NCBI RefSeq assembly: GCF_024521635.1
Contig: NW_026250415.1
Span: forward strand, 682,001-746,000
Length of the DNA: 64,000 bases
Direction of reading: 5' to 3'
From: Tricharina praecox
Taxonomy: Eukaryota
Below the pieces are notes generated by a model, which was given only the letters and a program-made list of their open reading frames with translations, had not been told where the DNA came from and ran no database searches. Both the position numbers and the translations under genes were made by a program. This document shows positions 51,052 through 64,000 of the stretch, one piece after another (the stretch's first letter is position 1; every line of letters begins with the position of its first letter).

Positions 51052-54000
51052 ATGGCACCCGCTGTTGATACCATGTCTTCCTCCGTCATCGCTTCGGAGA
51101 ACCAGAAGTCGATCAAGGTGCTCGACGAGCTCTTGCAGAAGCTCACCATCTCGAAGACCAAGGACGAGGCTACATACGCCGCCGAGAACTTGGCTACCTT
51201 CATTAACGGCCCCATCGAGGAGCATGCTGTGCCCACAAAGTCAGTATTTGTCTCCTCTCCAGTCGCAAACTTCAACCCTATCTGCGCCTTGTGTGTGTGT
51301 TTATGACGGCGATGCTGACGAGACTCTCTCCAACAGGATCCTCGAGGCGATCAAGAAGCAGCTTTCCAGCAAGAAGGATGCCGCCGCTCGGGAACACGCT
51401 TGCGTGGCGATCTCTCACATCTGCGGAAAGGACCTGGCCGCCGGCATCGAGCCCTACATCGTCTCCCTGCTGCCCATCCTCCTGTCTACCGTAGGTGACA
51501 AGATCACTGCCGTCAAGAACGCCGCCGATGAGACCGTCCTTCGTCTCATCCGCGCCATCAACCCCAACGCCATCAAGGCCGTTCTCCCCGCTTTGACCGA
51601 GTCGATCCTGAACGCCCCCAAGTGGCCCGAGAAGATCGCTGCCCTCAAGGCGCTCGACCTCCTCGTCCAGTTGGCTCCTTCGCAGACCGCTGTCCGTCTC
51701 CCCGAGCTGATCCCAACTGTCTCCGGAGCCATGTGGGACACCAAGCCCGAAGTCAAGAAGATGGCCAAGGCCTCCATGGAGAAGCTGTGCTCTTTGATCT
51801 CGAACAACGACATCAACCGGTTCATTCCTCAGTTGATCGGCTGTATCGCCAAGCCCGAGAACGTCCCGGAGACTGTTCACTTGCTCGGTGCCACCGTCTT
51901 CGTCGAGAACGTGCACGCCCCTACCCTGTCCATCATGGTTCCTCTGCTCGAGCGTGGTCTGTCGGACCGTGACACCACCATCAAGCGTAAGACTGCCGTC
52001 ATCATCGACAACATGTGCAAGCTGGTCGAGGATCCTCAGATCGTCGCTCCTTTCCTGCCCAAACTCATGCCCGGCCTGAACAAGAACTACGACAATATCG
52101 CCGATCCCGAGGCCCGTGGCAAGACCCAGATGGCTCTCGATACTTTGGCCCGTGTCGGTCACGTCGTCGACGGCAAAATCCCCGAGACCAAGTTCCCTGG
52201 TGACCCCAAGCTCATCCTCGAGGTCGTCAAGTCGATCATCAACAACCCCAAGGACGCTGCCGACTTTGAGACCGTCCTCCACTATATCGCCTGCATCGCC
52301 GGCTCCCTGGTCGACGAGAAGGAGGAGGAAAACGCCGTCTGGGTCGAGCACACTGTCTCGTACTTCCACGTCGTCCTTCCTGAGGGTGCTGCCCAGGCTG
52401 CCGCTGACACCCTGCGCAAGCGTGTCGCCGTCGGTGAGGTCGCCGTCGAGGGTGACGTCGATGACGAGGAGGGCGAGGATCTCTGCAACTGTACCTTCAA
52501 CTTGGCCTATGGTGCGAAGATCCTGCTCAACCAGACTCATCTGCGGTTGAAGCGTGGTCAGCGTTACGGTCTTTGCGGTCCCAATGGTTCCGGAAAGTCG
52601 ACCCTCATGAGGGCCATCAACAACGAGCAGGTCGAGGGTTTTCCCAAGAAGAGCGAGGTCCGCACCGTCTTCGTCGAGCACGACCTGGACTCCGACGATA
52701 CCGAGAAGACCGTCGTTGGCTGGTCTACCGACAAGCTCCGTGAGGCTGGTGTCGAAGTTTCCCCTGAGGATGTTAAGAGGCAGCTCTTGGAGTTCAACTT
52801 CGTTCCCGAGATGATGGACGCACCCATCACCTCGCTCTCCGGAGGATGGAAGATGAAGTTGGCGCTTGCCCGTGCCATGTTCGAGAAGCCCGATATTCTG
52901 TTGCTCGACGAGCCTACCAACCACATGGACAGGCAGAACGTCAAGTGGCTCGAGTCTTACCTCACCACTTCTCCTTGCACGTCGATCATCGTCTCGCACG
53001 ACTCCGGCTTCCTGGACAACGTCTGCCAGCACATTATCCACTACGAGCGCTTCAAGCTTAAGCGTTACCGTGGTAACCTCAAGGCCTTCACCGAGAAGGT
53101 TCCTTCCGCTCGCTCTTACTACGAGCTTGGTGCCTCCGAGTTGGAGTTCAAGTTCCCTGAGCCCGGTTTCCTCGAGGGTGTCAAGACCAAGGCCAAGGCT
53201 ATTGTTCGTGTCTCCAACATGACGTTCCAGTACCCTGGTACTTCGCGTCCCCAGATTCGCGACATCTCCTTCCAGTGTTCGCTCGGATCCCGTATCGCCG
53301 TCATTGGACCGAACGGAGCCGGAAAGTCCACCCTGGTCAACGTCTTGACCGGTGAGCTCATCCCCACCGCCGGAGAAGTCTACCACCACGAGAACATCCG
53401 TATTGCCTACATCAAGCAGCACGCGTTCGCCCACATCGATAACCATCTGACCCTGACTCCCTCGGAGTACATTCAGTGGCGTTTCCAGACTGGTGAGGAT
53501 CGCGAGACTATGGATCGCGCCAACACCAAAATCACCGAGGAGGACGAGCTTGGAATGAAGAAGATCTTCCGCATTGAAGGTTCGCAGCGTCGCGTCATCT
53601 CGATCCACTCCCGAAGAAAGTTCAAGAACTCTTACGAGTACGAGTGCTCCTTCGAGCTTGGTGAGAACGTTGGCTTCAAGGGCGAGAAGTGGATCGTCAT
53701 GTCCACTGCCGACAATGCCTGGATCCCCCGTACCGAGCTGATCACTACCCACTCCAAGCTCGTCGCCGAGGTCGATCGTCAGGAGTCGATCAAGAACGGT
53801 CAGTTCCGTCAGCTTGTCCGCAAGGAGATTGAGGTCCACTGCGAGCAGTTCGGTCTTGACGCTGAGTTGGTTTCCCACTCGCGCATGCTCGGTCTCTCCG
53901 GAGGTCAACGTGTCAAGGTCTGCTTGGCCGCCGCTACTTGGCAGCGTCCTCACTTGATCGTTCTTGACGAGCCCACCAACTACCTCGACCGTGACTCGCT

Positions 54001-54400
54001 CGGTGCTCTGTCCAAGGCTCTCAAGGAGTTCAATGGAGGTGTCATCATCATCACTCATTCCGAGGAGTTCACCAAGAACTTGACCGAGGAGGTCTGGTCC
54101 GTCATGGACGGAAGGGTATGTTTACTTCTTATTCCAACACTAACTATGTACATTTAACTAACCTTATTCCTACAGATGGTTCCTTCCGGACACAACTGGG
54201 TCTCTGGCCAGGGTTCTGGTCCCAGGCTCGACAAGGCCGAGGGTGAGGAGGAGGACACCTTTGATGCCATGGGCAACAAGGTCGCCGCTTCCAAGAAGAA
54301 GGCCAAGCTCTCGTCCAGCGAGCTTCGCAAGAAGAAGAAGGACCGCATGGCCCGCCGCAAGCGTGGTGAGGAGGTGTTCTCTGACGAGGATGACTTCTAA
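51052..54400 (+). CDS. YEF3: Translation elongation factor 3 (eEF3; HEAT region, two ABC domains, chromodomain insert, basic tail)
   Basis: Exons 51052-51239, 51337-54115, 54176-54400. Motifs [69 protein letters not shown]-terminal [37 protein letters not shown]; strong C-ending codon bias. Confidence 0.98.
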
Positions 54401-56436
54401 ACGAAACGCAACGCTCCGTCTTGACAATTATTTGGGAACTTGGGTTTTGTTTTAGATCTCTTCCTATAGATGGACTGTTTGGTTTTCTTTTCATTGCCTT
54501 TTTCTTTTCCTTCTTACTGGGTCTGGCTTTTTCTTTTGCGCGTTGGGTTGGTCGTGTCCGGTTTGGCCTGGGGATGATAAAAAGGGAGTTTCTATTGTGT
54601 TTTTAAACTTTTTTCTTTCTTTCGTTTTTGGGCTTCGGATAATGGTTTACGAATTGATGAGGGGGTTCATCTTATTCCGATACTGAGTCGTGCTGTGATG
54701 TGAACAAACTTTGCCATCGCTTTGACATTGACATGAGGTGAATTGACTCGGTCTATGAGGACTCATTGCCATCATACGCTTGATCGAAGTTCGAACTCAC
54801 TCGATCGTATGTACGCCAAGTCAACTCAACTCATACATCATTGCTAACATACTCGCTCGCATCCGCCATGGGCAGCCTCCATGGCAGCCTCCTGCTCGCA
54901 CTTCCTCACCTTCTTACCGCCCTCTCCCGGGGGGCCTCATGTTCCCAAGCCATGTACCTCCACATTGCCAGCGGCCAAAAGACAGGAACAGCCCCACCTA
55001 GTAGACCTTGATGGTTCCACGTGGTGACATTGTCGGCGGAGGAGCCAAACCGTTCGCTCAAGGAAATCAAGGGCTGTTACCGTTGACGCCGCGAAGCAGG
55101 TTGCTGAGGAGAAGGTGCCTAGTATGTACCTACTCGACCGCCACTCTTTCCTGAGTGACGAGCCAATGGTGCAGACTCAGTAGAACCTCCGCAATCAACC
55201 GACGGGAGTCAATACCGTAATACTACATACTACCGGTGCACACGCCCGGTATGTACCGAAAGGTTGCCGCTTCCAACAACCTCTGCTAGCTGGAGCAAAA
55301 CGTTCGGTGCGGCCTGCGGGGCATTTCCGCTCATCTCATCCCGGCAGACAAAAAGCTGGCCGCCGAGATCCCGGATTTCTACATAGCCGTATGTATGAGC
55401 AGTTGGCGGGTGGATGGTGTTAGGTTAAAACTTGAAACTTGGAATCGTGAGGCTGAGTGACGCTTGTGGGGCCATGCGGCTTGGGGCTACTTAGTTAATG
55501 GTGGTGGTGTTTGAGGAGTGAATCGGTACTCTACGGATTGCGATGGGATGGCAGCGGCTGATAGAATCTACATACTTGAATGAAGGATTATCCATCGCTT
55601 CTATAGTAGCGCGCTCGGGAATGTCTACAACCCCTCCTCACCCTCGACGCGGTCGCACCGTCGCGCGTTATTAGGGTCGGCGCGTTGTTGGCGATGGTGG
55701 TGTACTCTACGCACTGTACCTATCGGCTGCCAGACAACGGAGAGGAGGAGGGTATGATAATCGTCATATGCTGTTGTGCGGTACTCGAGAAACATCTGAG
55801 TATACGTAGGCGGTGTCAAGAGTTCCTGGATTCTTTGGCGGAGAAGGGATGGATCCCACTGGATATTGCTGCTGATGTGGGCTTGATGGGGACAGCGGTT
55901 GCTAGCTAGTTACGAGCGAGACGGAGACGGAGATGAGGGCGAGGTTGAATGGAGATGGCTGTTAGAGGAGGTATGTAGTCGCTCTGGAGATGCGCGGTGC
56001 CATGTCTAGCGAATGCCTTCCTTCACGATCACTCATTGTACCTAGCGGTCTCTCCACTCCTCGTGTAACCCAGTGACCACACGACCGCGGCCTCGCGTAG
56101 GCGTGGAGCCGAATGGCATGCGCAGGGGCCATTACTAACGAACTCTCGAGTCTCGACGCCTATGTATCCTCCACGAGTCCCCTACACCACCAAAACGTGC
56201 TCGTCCAATCCGCGCTGATTTCTCCTCGCATCTACCGCAATCCGAACTTCACTCGGCAACTAGCAAGGTCTACTACAGTTCACGGTACATCCATACTTGA
56301 GGCGACAAAACCCGCGCAAGCACGGCCCACCAAGGTTCCCGAACCGCAAACTAACAGCGCAATCCACCGCAAAGGTTCCACTGCCATACCATAGAAACCG
56401 CGTTACATAGTTCAACCAGACGTACAGAACGAAAAG

Positions 56437-56718
56437 ATGCAGTTCTCATCACTCCTCCTCCAGCTCCCCGCGTTCATCTCGAACCTTACGAATCCCACTG
56501 CGCCCGACGCCGGCGTTGCGCCCACAGCAGTCGTCAACATGACCTACCAGCTCCCCGCGCTTCCCTACGACTACGGTGTAGGCTTTTTACCCCGCTCTCT
56601 GCTGCTGCGAGTTATGTACATTCTTTCTGACGTTGCGATGCGACGTGCTATGTAGGCGCTGGAACCGCACATCTCGGAGCAGATCATGGTGCTGCATCAC
56701 ACTAAGCACCACCAGGTA

Positions 56719-56758
<40 letters not shown>

Positions 56759-57396
56759 GGGGCATCTCGTTTACGGCACCGGGTGAGGCGCCGCTGACGC
56801 TGACCGGCATGGCAAGGCGTATGTCACGAACCTCAACGCCGCGCTGGAGTCGCACATCCACGCCCTGGCGACGGGCGATGTCAAGGCGCAGATCGCATTG
56901 CAGCAGGCGATGTAAGTCTTCTACCCCCACCTCCCCCACCATGCAGCACCCATGTGGCTAATCAACCGTCCACAGAAAATTCCACGGCGGAGGCCACATC
57001 AACCACTCGCTCTTCTGGCCGTCCCTGGCGCCGTCCAACTCCAGTGCGGCGTCCTCCACCGCCGCGCCGCAGCTCGTCGCAGCGCTGGTAGCGCAATACG
57101 GGAGTGTGGAGGCGTTCAAGGCGGAGCTGAAGACGCTCCTGCTAGGCATCCAGGGGAGCGGATGGGGCTGGGTGGTGAAGAATGGCAAGGGCGCGCTGGA
57201 GTTGGCGACGACGAAGGATCAGGACCCGGTCACCGGGGATAGGGCGGTGGTGCTGGGAGTCGACATGTGGGAACATGCCTATTACCTCCAGTATTGGAAT
57301 GATAAGGCGGGCTATGTCGATGCCGTCTGGCAGATTGTTAACTGGGAGACCGCGGAGAAGAGGTTTTTGGGGGTGGAGGCGCCGGTGGCGCTTTAG
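56437..57396 (+). CDS. Manganese superoxide dismutase (Fe/Mn-SOD family) with atypical N-terminal extension
   Basis: Exons 56437-56577, 56656-56715, 56817-56911, 56976-57396. [69 protein letters not shown]: all four metal ligands, with GGH and QGSGW features of Mn-type enzymes. Confidence 0.95.
56719..56759. repeat. (TGT)n microsatellite in SOD intron 2
   Basis: Direct inspection, ~13 copies. Confidence 0.95.
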
Positions 57397-57719
57397 ATAC
57401 AGCATATGTACTTAGTCACGTGTAATAAAGAAGGTTGCTGCATGAGTGCATAGTTGTTGGATTGCTCGGCGTGGTGATGTGTAGGGTTCTCGCGTGAGTA
57501 CCGTAGAGGACATACAATGAGAGGAGAGGGCTGAAGCTGGCGGCGTGATACGTAGCAATGGAACCGAACAGAAGGGGCTCAATCGTAGATCTCTCTTCAG
57601 CCATGACTCGTGGGACTAGGTAGTGGGAAAGTCTGGAAGGCTGGAGCACGGTTTGTGGCGCTTCTATAGTAAAAATGGTTCCTTCTACCTGACACTGACA
57701 CTGACACTGACATGCCTAG

Positions 57720-58021
57720 CCGTGATCGGCCTCGCGAAAGGAGACGCCACAGAGTAAGCCGCCGCCCACGAAATCCAGATCAACGCCGTAGGCCCGTAGT
57801 TAGCGACTGGGTATGTGGAAACGAATGTGTTCCCCAGAAGTGTGTGCACGATGATTACTTCAGCAAGTACCGGCGATAAAAGCGCACTTGTTGGGGCGGC
57901 TGGCGCTTGCGGAGGAGACTGCGGAATGCGAATGTCATTATGTTCCTCGCGAGTGGTAGGGTGAGTTTTGTTACAGGCGTGGTGCTACCTGTTGATGAGG
58001 GGTATACTCCGCAGTATTTAA
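57720..58021 (+). pseudogene. Short-chain dehydrogenase/reductase (SDR) C-terminal pseudogene fragment
   Basis: AVIGLAKGDATE*AAAHEIQINAVGP (TAA 57755-57757 at the usual Tyr of 'A.EYA..GIRINAV.PG') and LGRLALAEE..ANVIMFLASGRVSFVTGVVLPVDEGYTPQ (cf. LGR.G.PEEIA..V.FL.S..ASFVTG..L.VDGG); frameshifted; N-terminal Rossmann part not found. Confidence 0.75.
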
Positions 58022-58460
58022 TGAAGGCGGAAGATGCAATAGAGACTACTTGGTATAGATGGTGGAATTGGTCATTTAGGAATATCTACTCTAATGAACC
58101 ACCTGAAGCAGCGGCCAATCACATCCCCACTTATGAGATGCACCATATTGCGCAGGATGAGTGATAATGGCTCAAAAGCACAAGCCGAGCACTGAGTAGT
58201 CCTAGCCAACCGCCGGAAAGAACAACCTTTAGTTATGCCTTACCACTCCCTCAATATTGGTTGCCAGCCACGTATGAAGCCGGCAGTGCACTCAGCCGTG
58301 CACATCTCTCACTCGCGCCGCGCCAAGCCAAGCGAGGCAATGACGTTGCGTAGCGCAGCGCAGCTGCACCACCGTAAGCCGGCAGCCATTACGTCCGACC
58401 CGGTGGGCATCCATCCAGCGTTTCTCCTTCTCTCTCCAACGATAAACACCATCCTCCAAT

Positions 58461-58733
58461 ATGCCATCGCCGCCCTACATCCTCGAGGCGCTCTGCGCAC
58501 TGGTGCTCTGCGCGCTCGTCGTGGTCATCACCTTCGAGGTGTGGCTGCTCAGTCTCGCGCTCACGATTATTTCGCGCACGCCCGTGCTGCGGAAGCTGGT
58601 TGCGGTCGAGACGCGCCCTGCTATGCCAGTCGTCGCCAGGAGGAGGACGTGGGCGGGATGGAAGCGTCAGAAGAGCACGGGAGAGTTGGGCGTGGTTAGG
58701 ACCGGGACTACGGTCGGTTTGGCCGTGAAGTGA
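58461..58733 (+). CDS. Putative small membrane protein (90 aa), orphan
   Basis: ATG with A at -3 after a CT-rich leader; long hydrophobic segment ILEALCALVLCALVVVITFEVWLLSLALTII followed by a basic tail. No family recognised. Confidence 0.4.
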   Translation: MPSPPYILEALCALVLCALVVVITFEVWLLSLALTIISRTPVLRKLVAVETRPAMPVVARRRTWAGWKRQKSTGELGVVRTGTTVGLAVK

Positions 58734-61700
58734 GGTGCTCAGGTGCGTGCGTGGACTCCGATCCGAAGCCGGGGAAAGCGATGGGAACTGAACTGATTCG
58801 TGCTGTGGCTCTCAGTCGGAGTTTTTTTTTTTTTGTAGGATGATACCAGATACCACGGTGGAGGAGGGGGGTTGCTATGTCGTTGTCGTTGTACCTATGT
58901 TAGTGGGATGTCGGCCGGACCACGGTCGGTACATACCGAGCTAGGGTCGGGACGGGAAAGCAGATAGGCATGGGATTAGGGCAACTCTGTGAGACATCAC
59001 GATATCACTAGCGACGATGGAGTTATGGGATCAATAATTTTTGAATTCACGTCGTAATTATGGGTGACCGATTTACCGGTGTCACATGTTGTTTGGGCCA
59101 GTACTAGCCAACCAACCTTTACCTGTGCGATGCGATGCGGGAGATGCGGTCAGATATTTCCAGCAGTGAACTAACTACATCGCCATCGCAAAGCTTGTAC
59201 ATAGGAAGCCCTGCGCAGAGTGTCCGTACTGTATGGGTTGGGTTCCGGAAAGTAGCGACAAAAGGTCCTATGGTGGGCCGGCCGGCCCGATTGACAGATT
59301 ACGGTATTCGTCGCCAGTGGCCACAAACGCTCAACACCGCCGCCAGTGACAACCTAAGTACACATTCTACAGCCCATAATACTGTACTCGCGCGCGTCAC
59401 TCAGGAGGATAATAGATACACACCACATCGGTTCGGTTCTTTTCGCCTACCGGGGGTCTGGAACAGGGCGAAGCTCTAGGTACCAAATGCTATGTAGGAG
59501 GTGGGTATCTCAAGAAACTTTAGGCACCAAACCCAGGGACCGGTATTTATCCCCCTCAAATCCCATTGGATCGAAAGTCTGGAGGTGTAGGTAGTTACTG
59601 CCCTGATAATGGGTATTATACGAATACGTAGCTCGGATCCAGAGACGCGCGTCACGGGGGTGGGATTCTCCCAATCAGGCAGGATAGGTGAAAAAGGCAC
59701 GTACCTTTACCGGTATATCGGGGTTGGGATTGGCTTTTGCTGGTTAGGTACTTGTGATATGTACAAATCCAGCCGCTTAGAGAAAGTGAATTGACCCTGA
59801 CTCCTGAGAGAATGGATCCCTTGAACCTTCAGCCGGTAGGATTTCAGGATCACGGCAATGCGGAACCAGAAGCTTAAGTGTGCGATCTATAGTAGAGGCT
59901 CTAGCAGGTGGAAGGAACGTCTGCAGACCCTGCATTACGGATGGAGACATGTAGGTTCCGCTGCCCAGTGTTGTGAACACTAGACTATCGACTAGAAAAA
60001 GTGCTCGAGTCTCGTAATCGAGTGATATATGATACATGAGTCAAACAGCAGACCCTGTAGGGCCATGGACGCTCTAAAGTTCTGCCCCACTACAACAGAA
60101 TCATGTATCTCACTTTGGATACCGGTATAAGCTCCAGGGCCAGCAGTGCTATAGTACATACACCCTGCCTTTGTGCGCGATCGATCCCAGCGAGCTTTCC
60201 CCTTACACCCACTTCCGATATCTAACTCTGTGGGGTAGCCACATACCTAGTGGACATGGACAGCGAACAACACGTTTCCCTCCTCTTTCCTCGCGCTTCA
60301 ATGATTCCGCCCTTTCCTAGGCTTCTCACTACCTGCATCATCCTCGTCATCGACTCTCCGCAGCCCTGACGGCGGGGAAGTTGAAGAAATTCTGCAGGGA
60401 AGGGGCAAGCGTCGTTGTATGTAGGTATGTAATGCCGGCCCACAAGCATCCCATGCGTACTTACGATATATTAACGTCGCGTGGATCGTCTGGGTCTGGG
60501 TTTGCAATAACTATCTGGATTCTGAGCTTGTGGGCGGCGCGGGGCGACGATGGGTATGTATGTGCACATAAGGCACTCTCCGGCAAGGCGTAAGACTAAG
60601 GACTGACTGACTGTTAGGCATTGGGCAATTGGCAGCTAGATATCGACAGTGCCGCTGGCAGCCTGGCACTTCAAGAGAGAGGAGAGGGTCGGTGCGGTGC
60701 ACTCGTCATCGGCAGCTTATCCGAAGGAAGACCGTCGACCATCAACCTCGCAATAACCCTTGAAACACGGATCTTCCGTGAATTCGCCAAAAGAGCGATA
60801 TCTAACTAATACCCACCTCGCGGCTCCGGAGGTGGTATGGTATAGTATGGTACATATGGCTGGTGTTTCCGGTGACGGAGATCGAGACAGGCCAGCACCG
60901 GAAGAAAATACGACCGGCCGGCCTTGAGGAACTGTAACCACGCGGCACCGGCGTGGGAATGGCGTCTGAGTGCTCTCACTGCATGACGCCTGCGCTGCAG
61001 CGCATGATTCCGGCCATGGAAATAAAGAGAGAGAGGAGAGGACCAGGGAGAAGGAGGTGATCTCGCCGTAGGTGTGCGGCGCTGTTGGGGATGAGTGGAG
61101 TGGTGAGGGTGATGGCGTGTTCTCTTAGGGCTTTCGGCCGGCTGCTGGCGGGATCTTCTGGACTGTTCTGGTGGAATTCGTTTATTGTATGTAGTGAACT
61201 GTATACCGGTATTGCAGCCGGTCCCAGACTCCCAATCGGAGACTCTGATCCTCCTGCACCTCCCGTAGCGTAAGATAATCCGAAAAGACACCCTGATGAT
61301 GCGGAGGATAGAGCTGTCCCACTGCCAATTCTGGTATGCTATTCCTGTGATGTGCAGCCCGGTCAACCGCACCACGTTCAGCGCAAGCTCCTCCGAAAAC
61401 CCCTCAAGTCCCAGCACAGAATGAATGGCACCGTGACCTATGAAACGCCGAGTCCAGACTCCGGTCTCTATCCACGGTAGAGAGAGAGGGAGCATCGGCG
61501 GGTTCTCCGGTAGCGTAGATAGCTGCCAGCCAGGAAACTGGATTCCACGATCCGGGGGCGGGGGCGGGGTTGCGATTGAGACGGTCCTCAGCTGTAGACT
61601 ACTTCCTGAGCCCGCCAATGATAAATCCCTTGAGGCGCATGCCTCTCCCCCTCCCCCCACGAAGCCACCCGGACACCGACATGGTGCACCAGCGGGGTTG

Positions 61701-62461
61701 CCCCGGACGCAAAATCCAAACCCCGTTTCGCCTGGCTTTGCTCCCCAGCGCTGGGGAAGTGCCCGAGGATTCTGTGTTCGGCGATCACCCTGTTGAGTTG
61801 TAGGCCACGGTTTTCTGACCGGAGGAATACTGGAAAACCTGCAGGCTGCAGCGAAACCTGGTACTGGAGACCACGATCAGCGCACGGTAACTATCAAGGT
61901 ATTAGGGTATCGTTCGGAGTAAAGCTTGTATCGTACAAGATCGAGATAGGATGTATGTACCGCATAGAAGGATCAGGTTGAGATCCCAACTACTTGTGGA
62001 TGTGCTCGATTAGGGAGAGCAGGTACAAAACTTCCAAATATAACCTATATTCGCCTCCTGGAACTTGTCGCTAGGTACCTGCATGTGCTGGGAAGAATAC
62101 GGATGCTGTTCTGCTGTTCTCCACCCACGATAGTTCCTGCCGCAGACACGAGTTAGGGCTGGCGAATGGGGGTGCCTCGAGGAGCGCGAGTCAGTTGCCA
62201 TGACCTGTCCACCGCCAGTCGCCACCGAGGAAGCTTGCGAGAAACCCCCAGGAGCTCTAGGCCCGCGGGGGACTTTATCTGGATCGCTGGTCCGGATACA
62301 GACCATATAGACCATATAGACCACGTTTGAAGCCCGATGTACGATGCACAGTACATACGACTACGAGAACATGGGCCATGCTTGACGACCCGTACCTACC
62401 TAGTTTCTCGAGATGGCCCATGGATTGCTTGGAACTTGGAGCGCGGGCATTGCTCCGGCCT

Positions 62462-62531
62462 GTCGGTCGGTCGAGCGTGGTCACTAGCCAGTCAGTCGGT
62501 CGGTCGAGCGTGGTCACTAGCCAGTCAGTCG
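62462..62531. repeat. Perfect 33-bp tandem duplication
   Basis: gtcggtcggtcgagcgtggtcactagccagtca x2; followed at ~62570-62645 by a (CTCTCCTGTCCTGGC)n repeat. Confidence 0.9.
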
Positions 62532-64000
62532 ACTAAACAGCTGTCACTCGCCCCAGATCTCTCTCCCGAGTCCTGTCCTCTCCTGTCCTCTCCTGTCCTG
62601 GCCTCTCCTGTCCTGGCCTCTCCTGTCCTGGCCTCTCCTGTCCTCTGCTATTATAGGCGCTGCGCGTCACAGGCACAGACCGGAGATGGTAGGAAGCGCA
62701 CGGAAGGGAAGGGATAGGAGTTGCTGCCCGCCAGTGTCTCCGCCGAGTCGGAGTCCGAGCCATTTCATGTTTGTGTTTCTTCGCTAGAAAAAAAGAAGAA
62801 GATGGCATGTTCGTACATCAATACGAAAATCGGTTAATGAAGAGGGTACGGTACGGCATGATCCGGACTAGGTACCTAATCGATCCGTCCCCAATAAACA
62901 CACTTACTTAGGTGCATCCTACCCCGCGTACCGATATTCCAGTGCCAATACAGCAGTTCGCCTTCGAGGTCTATTTATCGTCATGTAACACGGAAAAGTC
63001 TCGATGATAGATATAGGTAGGCCCTTTCGCACCGCTATAGGTATATTTCGGCTCACCCCGCAAGCCTCGGGTGAGGCGCCAGCTATACTCCCTACCTATA
63101 TGTAGCACTCCACATACCCGCAAGGACCAAGGTGCTCACGCCCGATGTCTTCTTCCCCGTGGGGAGGTTGAATTGACTTGATGGGCACAATAATGTTTCT
63201 GTGTTGCCCTCCTACCTATCCCTAGTACAGTTATTTCTCAATGCCCAATTCGACCAGCACAGAGCATTGATCGATCTAGGTACCTATTGCCCGAGAAAAG
63301 CAAATACACCTACCATCACCACACCTTTGCCACCGCCTCTAGGCTCTCATGTCGTGTTGTATTTCGTTTGTGGCGACGGCGGTGAAACCTACCTACCTAC
63401 CTACATCACTATCGCTGGGAGCTTCAGGCTTCAGACTTCATCCTGCATTCATGACGTGCTCTGGGCCGTTACATAACAACAGAAGAGTCAAGGGTCGAGG
63501 GACTGGGGACTGGGTGCGCTGAACTCGACTCTGCATACATACATCGCAGTTAGGACCCCGAGGCAGTTAAGGCAAGAGGAAGAGAACATCTTCGAGAAGC
63601 ACGCCTACTTGTTAACTAGTAGCCCCGGGTGGCGCCGACTGAACCATGTACTCTACATAACCAGGGCACTCCGGGGGACTTCCCGATTGAAGAGCAATTA
63701 TGTGCTTTTTTTCCTTTTTTCCCTTCTTTTTTTATTCCGCTTTCGCTTCGTGAAGCACGGCCGTGGTGGGCTAGGTACTATGGATGCCGTTTGGGGACGT
63801 GAATAAGGGAATGTTGCCGGTTGGGGTAGGTAGGTGAAGAATGGAAACTTGAAAGAGTGGAGTCTACATACCTATCGATATATACTAGATAGCGACCTTC
63901 TCGTCAAAGACCTTGGCACGAGTACCTAGAGGCTCGCCGATAGATACTGCCTGTGGTGGGTGGATGATGGAGTTTTGCCGCGAGGAGCTTTGCCGGGGGT

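Noticed and set aside
51278-54058. 926-aa antisense ORF opposite eEF3
   Set aside because: Mirror-frame artefact: the strongly biased eEF3 gene avoids TTA/CTA/TCA codons, so the antisense frame has no stops; it stays essentially within exon 2 and resembles no protein I know.
60806-61803. 284-aa minus-strand ORF and overlapping plus-strand ORFs
   Set aside because: No recognisable domain, non-ATG start and no coding-like codon pattern; may be a decayed gene or TE but I cannot support a call.
63615-63690. Minus-strand GAAGTCCCCC ... CCCGGGGCTA resembling RNase MRP P4 motifs
   Set aside because: The two motifs are only ~50 nt apart, too close for an MRP/P RNA; an Rfam scan would settle it.

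Overview
Eukaryotic genomic DNA from a filamentous ascomycete fungus (short GT-AG introns with CTRAC/CTAAY branch sites, a fungal eEF3 gene, PTH11-like membrane proteins; a Pezizomycetes-type genome is my guess, not something I can prove). Gene density is low and the long intergenic regions are full of microsatellites. Genes recognised by manual splicing: UPF2/NMD2 (5'-truncated by the window), a LIM-domain RhoGAP (Rga1-like), a conserved hypothetical signal-peptide/TM protein, complex I subunit B18 (NDUFB7), a tandem array of three rhodopsin-domain/PTH11-like genes (one intact, one pseudogene, one single-exon relic), a SWIM+RING zinc-finger protein, a 16-exon Fen2/Liz1-type MFS transporter, a catalytically degenerate glucosamine-6-phosphate deaminase paralog ending in the PTS1 tripeptide AKL, a glycine-zipper/low-complexity protein, eEF3, an Mn-SOD with an atypical N-terminal leader and an SDR pseudogene. 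Mobile DNA: a decayed hAT transposase, several solo hAT-like ends and a TIR-bounded, TA-flanked MITE. Most interesting candidates: the putative peroxisomal GNPDA pseudoenzyme, a possible splice/retention switch at the UPF2 C-terminus and a possibly secreted Mn-SOD. I recognised no tRNA, rRNA or CRISPR array. All exon models were derived by eye and need RNA-seq confirmation.
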